A stretch of DNA of 64,000 nucleotides from an uncultured virus (IMG/VR IMGVR_UViG_3300009104_000003). Taxonomy: Duplodnaviria; Heunggongvirae; Uroviricota; Caudoviricetes. Under the pieces are notes generated by a model. The model did no database searches. It had not been told where the DNA came from and saw nothing but the letters and a program-made list of their open reading frames with translations. The stretch is from IMG/VR virus record IMGVR_UViG_3300009104_000003; one strand, given 5' to 3'. Numbering within the stretch: the stretch's first letter is position 1; each line of letters begins with the position of its first letter. A program made the translations under genes and the position numbers. Positions 8,290-18,185 of this stretch are shown here, piece after piece.

Positions 8290-9909
8290 TTAAAATAATC
8301 CTGTGGTCTTTGTATCTTCTTCGAACCAAACGTTTCCTTCGCCATCTCCAAATCCATCATCTTTCTTTTGACCATCATCTATAATTCCAAATGGAAGCAT
8401 ATCATCTTGTATTGCTTGTAATTGTTCTTTATATAACATATCTTTCATATCAATATTAGATATAGAAGTAAAAATATCTGTTGTGGTAAACCATCCAAAT
8501 AGTACTAGATTCATCATCAGATCATCATGATTAGGGGCAATAGCCATAAAGGATTTTCCCCTGGCTACAAAAGTACTCATTTCTATAATAGTTTGAGCAT
8601 CTCTTATTATTAATTTCTTTTGTTCAATTAGATCTTTTATAGTAGAACATCCTATACGTTTGACTCTTTGAGTCATTTGAGCACCAATAGCATTCTTTTT
8701 AATAGCTGATTCTACAAACATATTCTCATATTCAAGATCATAATATAATCCATTACATACTACCATACCTGCATCATTTGATTCAACTATTACATAGGCT
8801 TTATTATAAGTCATTGCATATTTGTATATAACATCTGGAAATAGCATAGGAGATATATTATTATCTCTAAATGTAGCTACTTGTTCAAAAGGATTAGTAG
8901 ATATATCTATTATATTAAATGTTGAATAATCTTGTCCTCTTCCTTTCGCTGTATCTACCATTAACAAATAATCATGTTCTTTTATTGGTTCTTTATATAC
9001 AAAAACATTCTCTTTAATATGTAATGGTTCAACACTTTTCTGAGATAATAGATAATTTGCTCCAATAAGTGTATTACCTCTACCATGAAATGTATTAGCA
9101 AACTCTTGTTCAAATTGCAATTCAGATGTATTCGATATAGTTTCTTCTTTCCATTTTTCATCCCTTCCTGGTACATCCCACCAATCTACTCTAAAGGGTT
9201 TAAATTCATTTGATCCTGTAGTTGCTCCTTCCCAAAGTTTATGATATATATTACCAATACCATTAGCTGTTGATGTAACAATAATTTGTGTATCTTTACC
9301 AGCCGTAACAACAGGATAGGTTGAGGTATAAAATTGTGCATCATTTTCTACAAAAGCAAACTCATCCAAGAATAAAAGATTGATTGATAATCCTCTAATG
9401 GACGAACCGCTTGTAGCCGCTGCTATAATTCGCGAATTGTTACTAAATTCTATACTCCCTTTATTAAGTGCTTTACATCCAGGCTGTAAAAAGAAGGGTA
9501 AGTTCTCGAGCGCGAGCGTTACACGCGCGAGCATCTCGCGAGCGACCGCGCCCTTGTTCGCGAGTATGGCTATAGTTTTTTCTGGATAGAAACATGCATA
9601 CCATAAAAGATATACAACAGAAGATATAGATTTACCACTTTGTCTACATGCTAGTATAATGGAAAATCTATTTTTATGGAAATGCTTAAACATTTTCTCT
9701 TGATAAGGATATAGGTCAAAGTTTATAAGACCTTCATCAAGAGAGATAATCTTTACATATTCACGTGCAAAATATGCAGGATCTTTCTGACACTTTTGGT
9801 ATTCTAGTATTTCTTTACGAGTAAAATCTGCAACAACACCATCTCTTTTGATAGAAGGGTTGCCTAAATATCCAAACTCGTTATTTTTAATCCTCTGCAT
9901 CGACATCAA
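8290..9909 (-). CDS. gp17: Terminase large subunit
   Basis: YLGNP, Walker A RQSGKS, Walker B LLFLDEFAF, STANG coupling motif, HDDLMM nuclease motif; true start may be 9900 or 9906. Confidence 0.97.
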   Translation of the reverse strand: MMSMQRIKNNEFGYLGNPSIKRDGVVADFTRKEILEYQKCQKDPAYFAREYVKIISLDEGLINFDLYPYQEKMFKHFHKNRFSIILACRQSGKSISSVVYLLWYACFYPEKTIAILANKGAVAREMLARVTLALENLPFFLQPGCKALNKGSIEFSNNSRIIAAATSGSSIRGLSINLLFLDEFAFVENDAQFYTSTYPVVTAGKDTQIIVTSTANGIGNIYHKLWEGATTGSNEFKPFRVDWWDVPGRDEKWKEETISNTSELQFEQEFANTFHGRGNTLIGANYLLSQKSVEPLHIKENVFVYKEPIKEHDYLLMVDTAKGRGQDYSTFNIIDISTNPFEQVATFRDNNISPMLFPDVIYKYAMTYNKAYVIVESNDAGMVVCNGLYYDLEYENMFVESAIKKNAIGAQMTQRVKRIGCSTIKDLIEQKKLIIRDAQTIIEMSTFVARGKSFMAIAPNHDDLMMNLVLFGWFTTTDIFTSISNIDMKDMLYKEQLQAIQDDMLPFGIIDDGQKKDDGFGDGEGNVWFEEDTKTTGLF

Positions 9910-10300
9910 TAATATTGTCCTTATCTAATAACATTCTTTGAAGCTCTGTAGTACTTCCTACAAATACATTGTTATTAGTAATTTCTCTCCTCACATCATC
10001 TTCGGTTAATTCTTTTTTATTCTTTTGAAGTTTCATTAGCTTATCAGTAATATCACCAATAGATTTTAGGTGATTAGATAATACTTCAAATGCGCGCGGG
10101 TGCTCGCTCTCGCGGGCGAGCTCGGCTAATGCATCCATTGATTGGGTACCAACACTTATAAGATCTTTATATGTTGCCCGTGAAAATTCATAATCATCCT
10201 TAATTTCTTTTTTATCTTTAAGGATTTCGTTTTCTTTTCTTTTTTCAGCTGGAAGATTTTTGGCCAGCCGGTCAGATATAGCTTGTTTTTTATCAATCAT
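9887..10300 (-). CDS. gp16: Terminase small subunit
   Basis: DYEFSR, A.ESEHPRAFEV, NNVFVGSTTELQRML. Confidence 0.93.
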   Translation of the reverse strand: MIDKKQAISDRLAKNLPAEKRKENEILKDKKEIKDDYEFSRATYKDLISVGTQSMDALAELARESEHPRAFEVLSNHLKSIGDITDKLMKLQKNKKELTEDDVRREITNNNVFVGSTTELQRMLLDKDNIIDVDAED

Positions 10301-10315
10301 AATAATATATTATAT

Positions 10316-11335
10316 TTATGTATACGAGGCAATCACTGCAGTAGCTCCAGATGAACTACCTGTTAATGTTTCTCCAACTTGGAACCAACCCGATGGTATA
10401 GCAATTCCTAAAGTATTACTTCCCTCTGGTGTATCTGCATAGAATACACTCATCTCACCAGTATTACCAGAAAGACTTCCAGTTATAACTTCTTGTTGAG
10501 TAAATGTTCCACTCACAGTACCTACTATAGCAGTAAATGAATCTGGAACTCCTAATGGATCATAGCTAGTTACTATATTATATTCATCAGTTCCTGGAGT
10601 ACCTGTTACTAATGTATCATCTACCTCTGCGGTTTTAGGATTAACCTTATAATTCACTCCTGAATATTTTTCTGAAGTATTTGTTTTATTAAACCAATCA
10701 AGTTGAACTTCTTTAATAACTCCTTGAGCCCCAATTCCGGAATAGAAAGTCATTTTCATAGTAAAATCTAATGTATAAGTTAATACCCTTCGTGTAATAA
10801 AATCACCATCATAACTATCTTCAATAGAAACAGAATTTAATATAATAGGAACATCTTGTTTATAATCTGTCCATCCATCAATAGGTTTAATAGTTACGGT
10901 ATAATCAGGTTGAAAATATGGTACGATTTGTTCTAATATTTGTAATCCATCATCTTGATTCTTTGCAAGAATATTGAGTTGCATCCCAATTTCATAAGGA
11001 GTTTGTGCTCGAATACTTTGTCTTTTATATGAATCTGTAGCATGAGCAGCAGTTATTTTATTTAATTTATTTTCTTTTTTATTTAGGTCAACTGCCAGGG
11101 ATGTAATCTCAAAAGACATTCGAGGTAATTTAAGAGCCATACTTGCATCTTCCATTGTCTCTTGATCTATACGAGCTAAGAATTTTTGTTTAGGACCATA
11201 TGCAAGAGGTACTTTTATTTGATTAAGTATACCTCCAGAACCATCTTTACGAATAACAGATATATTATTAAACATAGTACCAAAAACCGCTACGGATTTT
11301 CTCATGGTTGCGTGATAAAAATGAGTACCAAACAT
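10316..11335 (-). CDS. gp15: Tail sheath stabilizer/terminator with C-terminal extension
   Basis: FYH...RKSVAVFGTMFNNI, KVPLAYGPKQKFLAR, LPRMSFE, QILEQIVPYFQP. Confidence 0.93.
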   Translation of the reverse strand: MFGTHFYHATMRKSVAVFGTMFNNISVIRKDGSGGILNQIKVPLAYGPKQKFLARIDQETMEDASMALKLPRMSFEITSLAVDLNKKENKLNKITAAHATDSYKRQSIRAQTPYEIGMQLNILAKNQDDGLQILEQIVPYFQPDYTVTIKPIDGWTDYKQDVPIILNSVSIEDSYDGDFITRRVLTYTLDFTMKMTFYSGIGAQGVIKEVQLDWFNKTNTSEKYSGVNYKVNPKTAEVDDTLVTGTPGTDEYNIVTSYDPLGVPDSFTAIVGTVSGTFTQQEVITGSLSGNTGEMSVFYADTPEGSNTLGIAIPSGWFQVGETLTGSSSGATAVIASYT

Positions 11336-12270
11336 TAGTAATTCTCCGAAGGATCACCAAATGGATTAGATTCAGTAAAGTCTAGAATTGAATCTGCGCT
11401 CAATTCAAATTCAAGGTTATCACTTCCACCACCCGTTGGATCTACAAAAGCTCCAGAAGAGGTATCTCCTATATCATATACTTTAGTAATATATCCAGAT
11501 ACAGTTGATGTTCCACCTACTAAAGGAATAGTAGTTGATACTATAAAGTCTCTTGCTTCAGCAATTCCAGATACTCCAATATTAGATACGGTTATTCTTC
11601 CACCTGTTGCTGATAATTTATCTACAGTTTGTACTTCTGCAGATACAGTAATACCTGAACTAACTACCTGAGTAATAGTTTCACCTTGGCTAAAGTGATT
11701 ATTACTAGAAGTTGAATAATCTATTGTGACTTGATAAGCTTCTGTAGCTTGTATAATATCAATTGCATCCACACCAGTTTCGAAATCCTCTTCATTATAT
11801 TCATAAAGAGCACACTGAAGTTTATAAACAGGTAAATTAGATAGTTGATAAAATGGTTGCTCATGTTCAACAAACATGATTTCAAATAATTTATTAGACA
11901 TTGGAAGGAATAATATATCTCCTTCATAAGGCACAGGATAATCTACGTCATTATTCCAAACCCCTATAAGTTTTTGCCATTGTCTTTTAGAAATTATGAA
12001 TGTAGCTTCATCCCTAATTTCAAGACCAAACTTAGAATATAAATCCCCTGATCCAGCGAATCCTTCAATATCTTCTATATAAGCTTCAATGATATATGCA
12101 TCATCAAACTTAGAAGCTCTGTCTTCACCTAATACTGCATCACGGCTAACTATAGTTCTAGGAAGATAGTATACATCTTGCCCATAGATTTTCAAAGATT
12201 CTATTATTAGATCTTCGTATAAATTTTGCTCGGATTTAACGGCTTGAGAGAAATATACATTTCTAGCCAT
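11335..12270 (-). CDS. gp14: Neck protein
   Basis: EQNLYEDLIIESLKIYGQDVYYLPR, SKFGLEIRDE, FVEHEQPFYQL, DFTESNPFG. Confidence 0.93.
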   Translation of the reverse strand: MARNVYFSQAVKSEQNLYEDLIIESLKIYGQDVYYLPRTIVSRDAVLGEDRASKFDDAYIIEAYIEDIEGFAGSGDLYSKFGLEIRDEATFIISKRQWQKLIGVWNNDVDYPVPYEGDILFLPMSNKLFEIMFVEHEQPFYQLSNLPVYKLQCALYEYNEEDFETGVDAIDIIQATEAYQVTIDYSTSSNNHFSQGETITQVVSSGITVSAEVQTVDKLSATGGRITVSNIGVSGIAEARDFIVSTTIPLVGGTSTVSGYITKVYDIGDTSSGAFVDPTGGGSDNLEFELSADSILDFTESNPFGDPSENY

Positions 12271-12273
12271 GGT

Positions 12274-13242
12274 TTACCCCGTCATAAAATCAACTGGCAT
12301 TTCCCAATTGAGCCTAGCTTCTTCTGTTAATCTTTCTAGATCAGCAACTGCATCATCATAAAATTGTCTTCCATTGAAGGTCACTCCGCCAGGCATGGTC
12401 ATTCCTTCAAACTTAATTAAATTAGTACCCCACTGGCGTTTAATAAGAGCAGTACTATATTTTTTTAAGAAATAATCGTTGTATATATCTGTATATGTAT
12501 CAGGATCTAAAATTCTATAGCATTCAAAAATAAGATAGCTATCAACATCAACCTCTTGAGACCAATCCATATCTATTCTTAAGGTATTTCTATGTCTAGA
12601 AAAATCATAATGTTTATCACTCGTAGATATAATCATATCAAGAAGAGATAGCCATTGTTTTGTCATTTCATATTCTAATAATGAACCCATATATCCTAAA
12701 GAAAACATATCATTTAGATGCATTTGATATTTAACATCAAACATGTTTATGGTACTAGTATCTGTATCATTAATTGGAAATACATTCACAACGTTGGTAA
12801 CTAGATCTGGAATTGTTACATATCCAAGTTCTACATCACCTTTAGATATACTAGAGATTGTTGCTGTTGCCGAAGATGTTCCACCTGTGATAGTTTCTGA
12901 AGCTGAAAAAGGAGTATTTATATCTCCTAGATAAGCATAAGTAATTTTAGTTCCACTAGCAGTTAAGATATCTGCAGTAGCTCCGGAAGTTCCGCCTGTA
13001 ATAGTTTCTCCAACAGTAAAATTACCAGCTACTGAAGCTGATAATGTTAAAGTAGATCCCGTTACCTTATGTTTTAGATATACTTTTTCAATTGAATCAT
13101 GATGATACTCTTGATAGAATTGTAGAGCTTCGTCTATTCTGTCATCTACTTGATCATCATCCACATTGATTTCGATCACAGGATGTCCTAGTTCTCGTTT
13201 GCAATATGAGATTAATGTTGCTCTTGAATTTGGTTTTGCCAT
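12274..13242 (-). CDS. gp13: Neck protein
   Basis: YCKRELGHPVIEINVDDDQ, LIKRQWGTNLIKFEGMTMPGGVTFNG. Confidence 0.93.
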   Translation of the reverse strand: MAKPNSRATLISYCKRELGHPVIEINVDDDQVDDRIDEALQFYQEYHHDSIEKVYLKHKVTGSTLTLSASVAGNFTVGETITGGTSGATADILTASGTKITYAYLGDINTPFSASETITGGTSSATATISSISKGDVELGYVTIPDLVTNVVNVFPINDTDTSTINMFDVKYQMHLNDMFSLGYMGSLLEYEMTKQWLSLLDMIISTSDKHYDFSRHRNTLRIDMDWSQEVDVDSYLIFECYRILDPDTYTDIYNDYFLKKYSTALIKRQWGTNLIKFEGMTMPGGVTFNGRQFYDDAVADLERLTEEARLNWEMPVDFMTG

Positions 13243-13261
13243 TATTTCACCTCTCTATATC

Positions 13262-13269
13262 TATTTATA
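13262..13269 (-). promoter_or_regulatory. T4-type late promoter TATAAATA upstream of gp13
   Basis: Exact consensus, intergenic. Confidence 0.8.
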
Positions 13270-13275
13270 CTAATT

Positions 13276-13992
13276 TTAATCTTTGTATGAAGTTATTCCT
13301 TTTGTACTATCAAAAAAATTCTTTGGGTGTGTTTCTTTAACTTTATTTATCATATCTATTGTATATTTTGATCCTACATTAAAATTAAAAGAAATCAGAG
13401 TTTTCCTTTTATAGCTATAAGGAGATTTATGTATATATCCTGAAGGAAATATTAATAATTGTCCTTCCTTTACCTCTGGTTGAAATATATTTCCTTCATA
13501 ATCTATTAAAAGAGTTTCTTCTCCTTTTGGTAAATCTATATAATATACTCCAACCCACTGACAATGAGTATGATTATGCCAATTATCATAATCACCTTTA
13601 TCCCTTCTGTGAAACCACATAACACTAACAGTAATATGATAATTTAATTCTGTTTCTGATCTTACTGCAACTTCTCTTGCAAATTGTTTTACTAAAGGAG
13701 CAGCTCCATTCCAAAACGTTATTTTATATTTTTGATCTGGGGATTTATCGATAGCAGGTGGAGGATACTCAATATATCCCATTTTAGAGTGTTCATCTAC
13801 CCAAGGCTTATATACTCTTTCCATTTGGAATTCAGGATAGTTTGCATTTCTTGATTTCTTATGATTATATCCATCATAATGACTAGTTGGTTGTTTCTGG
13901 GATTGTATTCCTTTTGGAGTATGATCTATCTCTCTTCTAAGTTGATCATTTAGTTCTTTATAATTTTCTGGGGTATAGGTCCAATATTTCAT
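13276..13992 (-). CDS. Putative 2OG-Fe(II) oxygenase
   Basis: W..HNH...W.GVYY, EGQLLIFP...H, R...ISFN pattern typical of phage 2OG-Fe(II) oxygenases (HxH...H triad). Confidence 0.75.
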   Translation of the reverse strand: MKYWTYTPENYKELNDQLRREIDHTPKGIQSQKQPTSHYDGYNHKKSRNANYPEFQMERVYKPWVDEHSKMGYIEYPPPAIDKSPDQKYKITFWNGAAPLVKQFAREVAVRSETELNYHITVSVMWFHRRDKGDYDNWHNHTHCQWVGVYYIDLPKGEETLLIDYEGNIFQPEVKEGQLLIFPSGYIHKSPYSYKRKTLISFNFNVGSKYTIDMINKVKETHPKNFFDSTKGITSYKD

Positions 13993-15218
13993 GACGGATC
14001 CTTATTAAATTTCCATGGAGTAGTTTCTTCTATTTCTTTTATGAATTCTTTTGGAATATTATGATCAGCTACAACAGTTCCTCTACTCTTAATAAGCTTT
14101 CCCATAGCAAAATTACTAATAAAATGTTTATTATCTTTTATAATTAGGTTATTTGGATAAGCAATATTATACTTATCATGTAAATGTATAGGATATTCAT
14201 TTCTATTATCATCACATGTAATTAAAAGCTTTTGACAGGTTTTATCTTTCCAAGCCTTTTCAAATAATGATACATCTTCAAACATACCTTTTAGATATTC
14301 ATCACCAGTCATGAATATAGGTGTACTATTAAATATATCCGGCCTTACATTTGTTTCTAGAAAATACCATTCTCCTGAAACATATGCCCCACAAAAACTT
14401 CCTTCCCAACTTCCACCCATTTTAGCAATGTGATCTAGATATTTTTCAGCTTCTTGTCTAACTATTTTATCTATAGAAGGACTTAATGGTTTAATATAGG
14501 TATTGAAATACCATACATCACCATTTATAGTTTTATTTAAACCTTCACCTATTATCTCCTGGGTATGAGTAATAGCATATTTCCCATTTGAGATTACAAA
14601 AAATACATTTGTTTCTATCATATCATGTAAATATTCTTCTATATAATAATCACTATCGGTATCTCTTGGCCAATCTCTTCTTTCAACTTTGTTTATGGCC
14701 TCTGCAGCTTCTTCTTGGCTATTAATTATTACTGCTGGTGCCCAACGATGAGATGGTTTTTCTACACAAGGAAATGTAAGACCTTTACAATAATCTTTAT
14801 CAAAATATTTTCCACGCTTAATAATATCAGGAACTTTTATTCCAAGTTGTTTGGCTATATCTTTTGCATACAATTTATTTGTTTCTAAGAGAGATACTTC
14901 TTCTGGTGGACCAATATATTTAACCTTATCTTTTAAATCAGTATGCAAATAAGAACATGTTGGGATGCAAACTTGAAGAATATCAATATTATACTTATCA
15001 ATAAGTTGTTCTACAAAAGCAGTGTTTTTTGAAATATTTACTGGAGAAGCTGTTTGATAAATTAATGTATTTTCTTCTTCGGTTAAACATTTTATACCAA
15101 GAGAAGTTTCATATGCGTATGCTTGGTTCCAATTAGTATATACATTGTGGCCAGATTTGGCTAATTCAATTAAAGTGTGGAAATGACATCTAGGAAGATT
15201 CAAATTCAATAGATTCAT
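13989..15218 (-). CDS. ATP-grasp protein, PurD (GAR synthetase)-like but divergent
   Basis: IGPPEEVSLLETNKLYAKDIAKQLGIKVP resembles PurD GP...LE.SK..AK; FPCVEKP, YYIEEYL, YFLETNVRP (ExNxR) ATP-grasp motifs. Confidence 0.75.
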   Translation of the reverse strand: MNLLNLNLPRCHFHTLIELAKSGHNVYTNWNQAYAYETSLGIKCLTEEENTLIYQTASPVNISKNTAFVEQLIDKYNIDILQVCIPTCSYLHTDLKDKVKYIGPPEEVSLLETNKLYAKDIAKQLGIKVPDIIKRGKYFDKDYCKGLTFPCVEKPSHRWAPAVIINSQEEAAEAINKVERRDWPRDTDSDYYIEEYLHDMIETNVFFVISNGKYAITHTQEIIGEGLNKTINGDVWYFNTYIKPLSPSIDKIVRQEAEKYLDHIAKMGGSWEGSFCGAYVSGEWYFLETNVRPDIFNSTPIFMTGDEYLKGMFEDVSLFEKAWKDKTCQKLLITCDDNRNEYPIHLHDKYNIAYPNNLIIKDNKHFISNFAMGKLIKSRGTVVADHNIPKEFIKEIEETTPWKFNKDPS

Positions 15219-15234
15219 AATATAAATTAAGATG

Positions 15235-15765
15235 TTAAGCTATTATTTCAAAAAACATTGAAGCACCATCAGTATTAGTAATATATGTGCCACCACCTGT
15301 CTGCGAAGTTTTATGGACTAGCCCATCGTGGGTCATAGAAGCTCTTGTAACTGTAATTGCACTTCCTTCTGTTGCACCAATCTTTAGACTTGTCCAACTA
15401 TCATTACGAGAACCAGACCAGAATAATCTTAGACCTGTTCCACCTGGGTAAGTCACAATATCGGTAATTGTACCACCAACATTATCTGGTGTATAATCAG
15501 TTAGTAATAATTTCCAAGTAGTGATTTTACCTGATTGCACCTCATCTACAGTACCAGTTTGATACCATCTATGGGTATATCCTAAAAATTCTAACATTCC
15601 ATGAGGTGTTGATCCATCAATTGTATTTCCAGCAGTAACTACATCACCCGTTGATAAGGTAACTAAACTACCTGAAGTAATATCTGTACGTCCATCCGTA
15701 TCGATAGATCTACCACTTCCTGCGGCTGTTTTAATTGAGATTGGTGCTGTTTCTGATACTGGCAT
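15235..15765 (-). CDS. Putative virion/adhesin tip protein (176 aa)
   Basis: N-terminal MP....PIS ... PHGMLEFLGY resembles N-termini of small phage adhesin-type proteins; located at end of fibre cluster. Confidence 0.45.
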   Translation of the reverse strand: MPVSETAPISIKTAAGSGRSIDTDGRTDITSGSLVTLSTGDVVTAGNTIDGSTPHGMLEFLGYTHRWYQTGTVDEVQSGKITTWKLLLTDYTPDNVGGTITDIVTYPGGTGLRLFWSGSRNDSWTSLKIGATEGSAITVTRASMTHDGLVHKTSQTGGGTYITNTDGASMFFEIIA

Positions 15766-15770
15766 ACTAC

Positions 15771-15778
15771 TATTTATA
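15771..15778 (-). promoter_or_regulatory. T4-type late promoter TATAAATA
   Basis: Exact consensus 5 nt upstream of ATG 15765. Confidence 0.8.
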
Positions 15779-15779
15779 C

Positions 15780-16037
15780 TTATTCTATTGCGTTTGTATC
15801 AGGATTCCAAGTTTTACCAATATTTGCTCTACTAGCTACCCATTCATTAACTTCAGTCTGTGCTGCAGTATATGCTTCTTGAGTAATAGCATTATCAGTT
15901 TTACTTCCCGTAGTAACGAGCTTGTCAATTAAGAATAATGAACCATCACTATCATCTTCGACTGTAAATCCTACTCTTGTTTTTGATGCTTCATTGTCAT
16001 CTACTTCAAAAGTTTTAATTTTATATGTTAAAGCCAT
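15780..16037 (-). CDS. Hypothetical protein, possible fibre assembly/accessory factor (85 aa)
   Basis: SD GAGGA; directly downstream of a fibre gene. Confidence 0.65.
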   Translation of the reverse strand: MALTYKIKTFEVDDNEASKTRVGFTVEDDSDGSLFLIDKLVTTGSKTDNAITQEAYTAAQTEVNEWVASRANIGKTWNPDTNAIE

Positions 16038-16051
16038 ATTATTTTCCTCTA

Positions 16052-18184
16052 TTAATTACCTAAGTATCTATGTATTGTAATTGAAACATTATTACTTATA
16101 CCTAATCTATTTTTTACTGTTACATTTCCATTGCCTGCTGTTTTATAAACACACATATAACCATCGGTATCAGAATTTCGTAAAAATCCTACTGGATCAG
16201 CAATTATAGTTCCAGCTGTAGTTCCTATATGATATCCAAGAAAGATCAATGCATGAGCATATGCAACATTTTGTCCACTTTTTCTATAAGAACCAATAGA
16301 AATTAGACAACCAGTATTAGCAACTGAACTTAAAGTTATAGTCGCATCATCTGCCATTGTCACATAACTACTATTATAACTAACATGCATTTGTCCTGAA
16401 GTATTTGGACCCATAAATGTCATTCCATCATGTCTTACACGAAATCTAGTAGTATCAGATATCTTGAAGTCCATATTATTATTTCCTTCCGGAATAGATA
16501 TACTACCGCGTGAAGCTTCACTAGAAGAACCACCACCTAAAACTAATGATTCTGTTCCACCTCTAATATACATATTGTTATTAGTATGGTGAGCTATTAC
16601 TCCTGCAGTTCCTGCTCCAGAAGATGAAGCAATATTATCAATAATAATTGTTCCATCATTTTTGATCTCTAAAGGAACTGCGCCATTAGAACCGGAATAA
16701 ATTTGGCAATCATTTCCACTTTCTCTAAATGTCCAGTATCTTCCACCTGTAATTTGGAACATAGTTGCTGCATAAATTCCAGCATTACCTGAAATAGTTC
16801 CAGTTACTTCAAGAGTATGACTAGAAGGTGCTCCACCTATACCAACACGATTATTCCCACCATCCACAGAAATCATATGAGGGTTACCATCTGATTCAAC
16901 TCTGAAGTCAGAATCAACACCATTTTCGTTTATTACAAAATGATTGCCCGCAGGAGGGTATGTTGAAATGTTACCACTGTTACTGATAATCATTCTATCA
17001 GTATCATTCGTTCTTAACACAAATGGATGATTAGTTCTTGTACCAATAGCGTTAAGTGCAGTTAGTCCCCAAATTGCAGTATTAGATGTACCATCTTCTG
17101 ATAAAGATATTCCTACTTCTCCACCTGTATTATCAACTGTAAGTCTTGCATTATTAATCACTGATGTTGTTCCTATAGTAACATTTCCAGCACCATTTAA
17201 AGTAAATGCACCTGATGAAGCATTTTCTGAACCACCACCTGCAGTTATCCACAATCTACTATTACCTCTGTGATATCCAATTCCAGCTGCATTCGGATCA
17301 GCTGCAGAACCAAGCATTACCATTGAAGTTGTATTGTCTGTAGAATGTACCTGGAGGCATGCACCAGATCCATCGTTCATAGTAGTACCACTACCCTGTA
17401 TTGTTAATTTATAATCTGGGCTTGAAGTATTAATACCAACATTTCCACTTCTAAATGTAGCAACAACAGAATCCATATGAGCTAGCTGAAGTGGTTGTGT
17501 AGCATCATTATTAGCACGAATAAAAGCGGCATTAGACAAAGTGCCAGTAGCTTGTGTACCTGCAACTCCTTCTAGTCCCATATAAAATTGTTTTGCTGAT
17601 GAACCATCTTGTCCAAAACTAAGAAAAGGATTATCACCTTCTCCAGAATTGTCAGTATCTGCTCTTATGTGTATTCCTATATCTCCTGTTGCATTTAGAC
17701 CTAAAGTTGTTCCATCAAAAGTTAAACCACTTTCTGAATCTAATTCTGTAGTTGTACTTCCTACTGTTACCAATTCGTTTGCTGTTGCGTTGTTTAGTGC
17801 TGTTATTGGTGAGGAAGAAATTGCTGCCCATGAATTATCTCCTCTTAAATAAGTAGAAGAACTAGCTGATCCTGTTGCAGATAATTCTGCTATTCCTATA
17901 GCATCATCTGCCATTAAAGCGTTTGTTATATCTCCATCATTAATCTTTGCTGTAGTAACTTGATCATTTCCAATTGCTGCTGTTAGTATATTATTATCTT
18001 GGATATGTTCACTTCCTACTGCATCATCGGCAATTAAATCAGCTGTTATTTGATCTGCACCAATATGTACTGTATCTATTGAACCGTCAGTATAATGTTC
18101 TGAATTAATTGCATTGTTAGCAATTAATGTTCCATCGATAGCATCGGCTGTGATTAAATTATTTGGTATCTTTGTTAATGCCAT
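16052..18184 (-). CDS. Tail fibre-like virion protein (710 aa)
   Basis: MALTKI N-terminus, DDAV/IADD pentapeptide repeats, GNVGI.T..P repeats, INE.G.D.DFRVES module. Confidence 0.8.
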   Translation of the reverse strand: MALTKIPNNLITADAIDGTLIANNAINSEHYTDGSIDTVHIGADQITADLIADDAVGSEHIQDNNILTAAIGNDQVTTAKINDGDITNALMADDAIGIAELSATGSASSSTYLRGDNSWAAISSSPITALNNATANELVTVGSTTTELDSESGLTFDGTTLGLNATGDIGIHIRADTDNSGEGDNPFLSFGQDGSSAKQFYMGLEGVAGTQATGTLSNAAFIRANNDATQPLQLAHMDSVVATFRSGNVGINTSSPDYKLTIQGSGTTMNDGSGACLQVHSTDNTTSMVMLGSAADPNAAGIGYHRGNSRLWITAGGGSENASSGAFTLNGAGNVTIGTTSVINNARLTVDNTGGEVGISLSEDGTSNTAIWGLTALNAIGTRTNHPFVLRTNDTDRMIISNSGNISTYPPAGNHFVINENGVDSDFRVESDGNPHMISVDGGNNRVGIGGAPSSHTLEVTGTISGNAGIYAATMFQITGGRYWTFRESGNDCQIYSGSNGAVPLEIKNDGTIIIDNIASSSGAGTAGVIAHHTNNNMYIRGGTESLVLGGGSSSEASRGSISIPEGNNNMDFKISDTTRFRVRHDGMTFMGPNTSGQMHVSYNSSYVTMADDATITLSSVANTGCLISIGSYRKSGQNVAYAHALIFLGYHIGTTAGTIIADPVGFLRNSDTDGYMCVYKTAGNGNVTVKNRLGISNNVSITIHRYLGN

Positions 18185-18185
18185 A

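Noticed and set aside
8290..9909. Intein or intron in terminase, portal or capsid genes
   Set aside because: Protein lengths are normal and motifs are contiguous; no splice or homing endonuclease signatures seen
13989..15218. Calling this a functional purD auxiliary metabolic gene
   Set aside because: ATP-grasp motifs are present but PurD-specific substrate motifs are not recognisable, and no other pur genes are nearby
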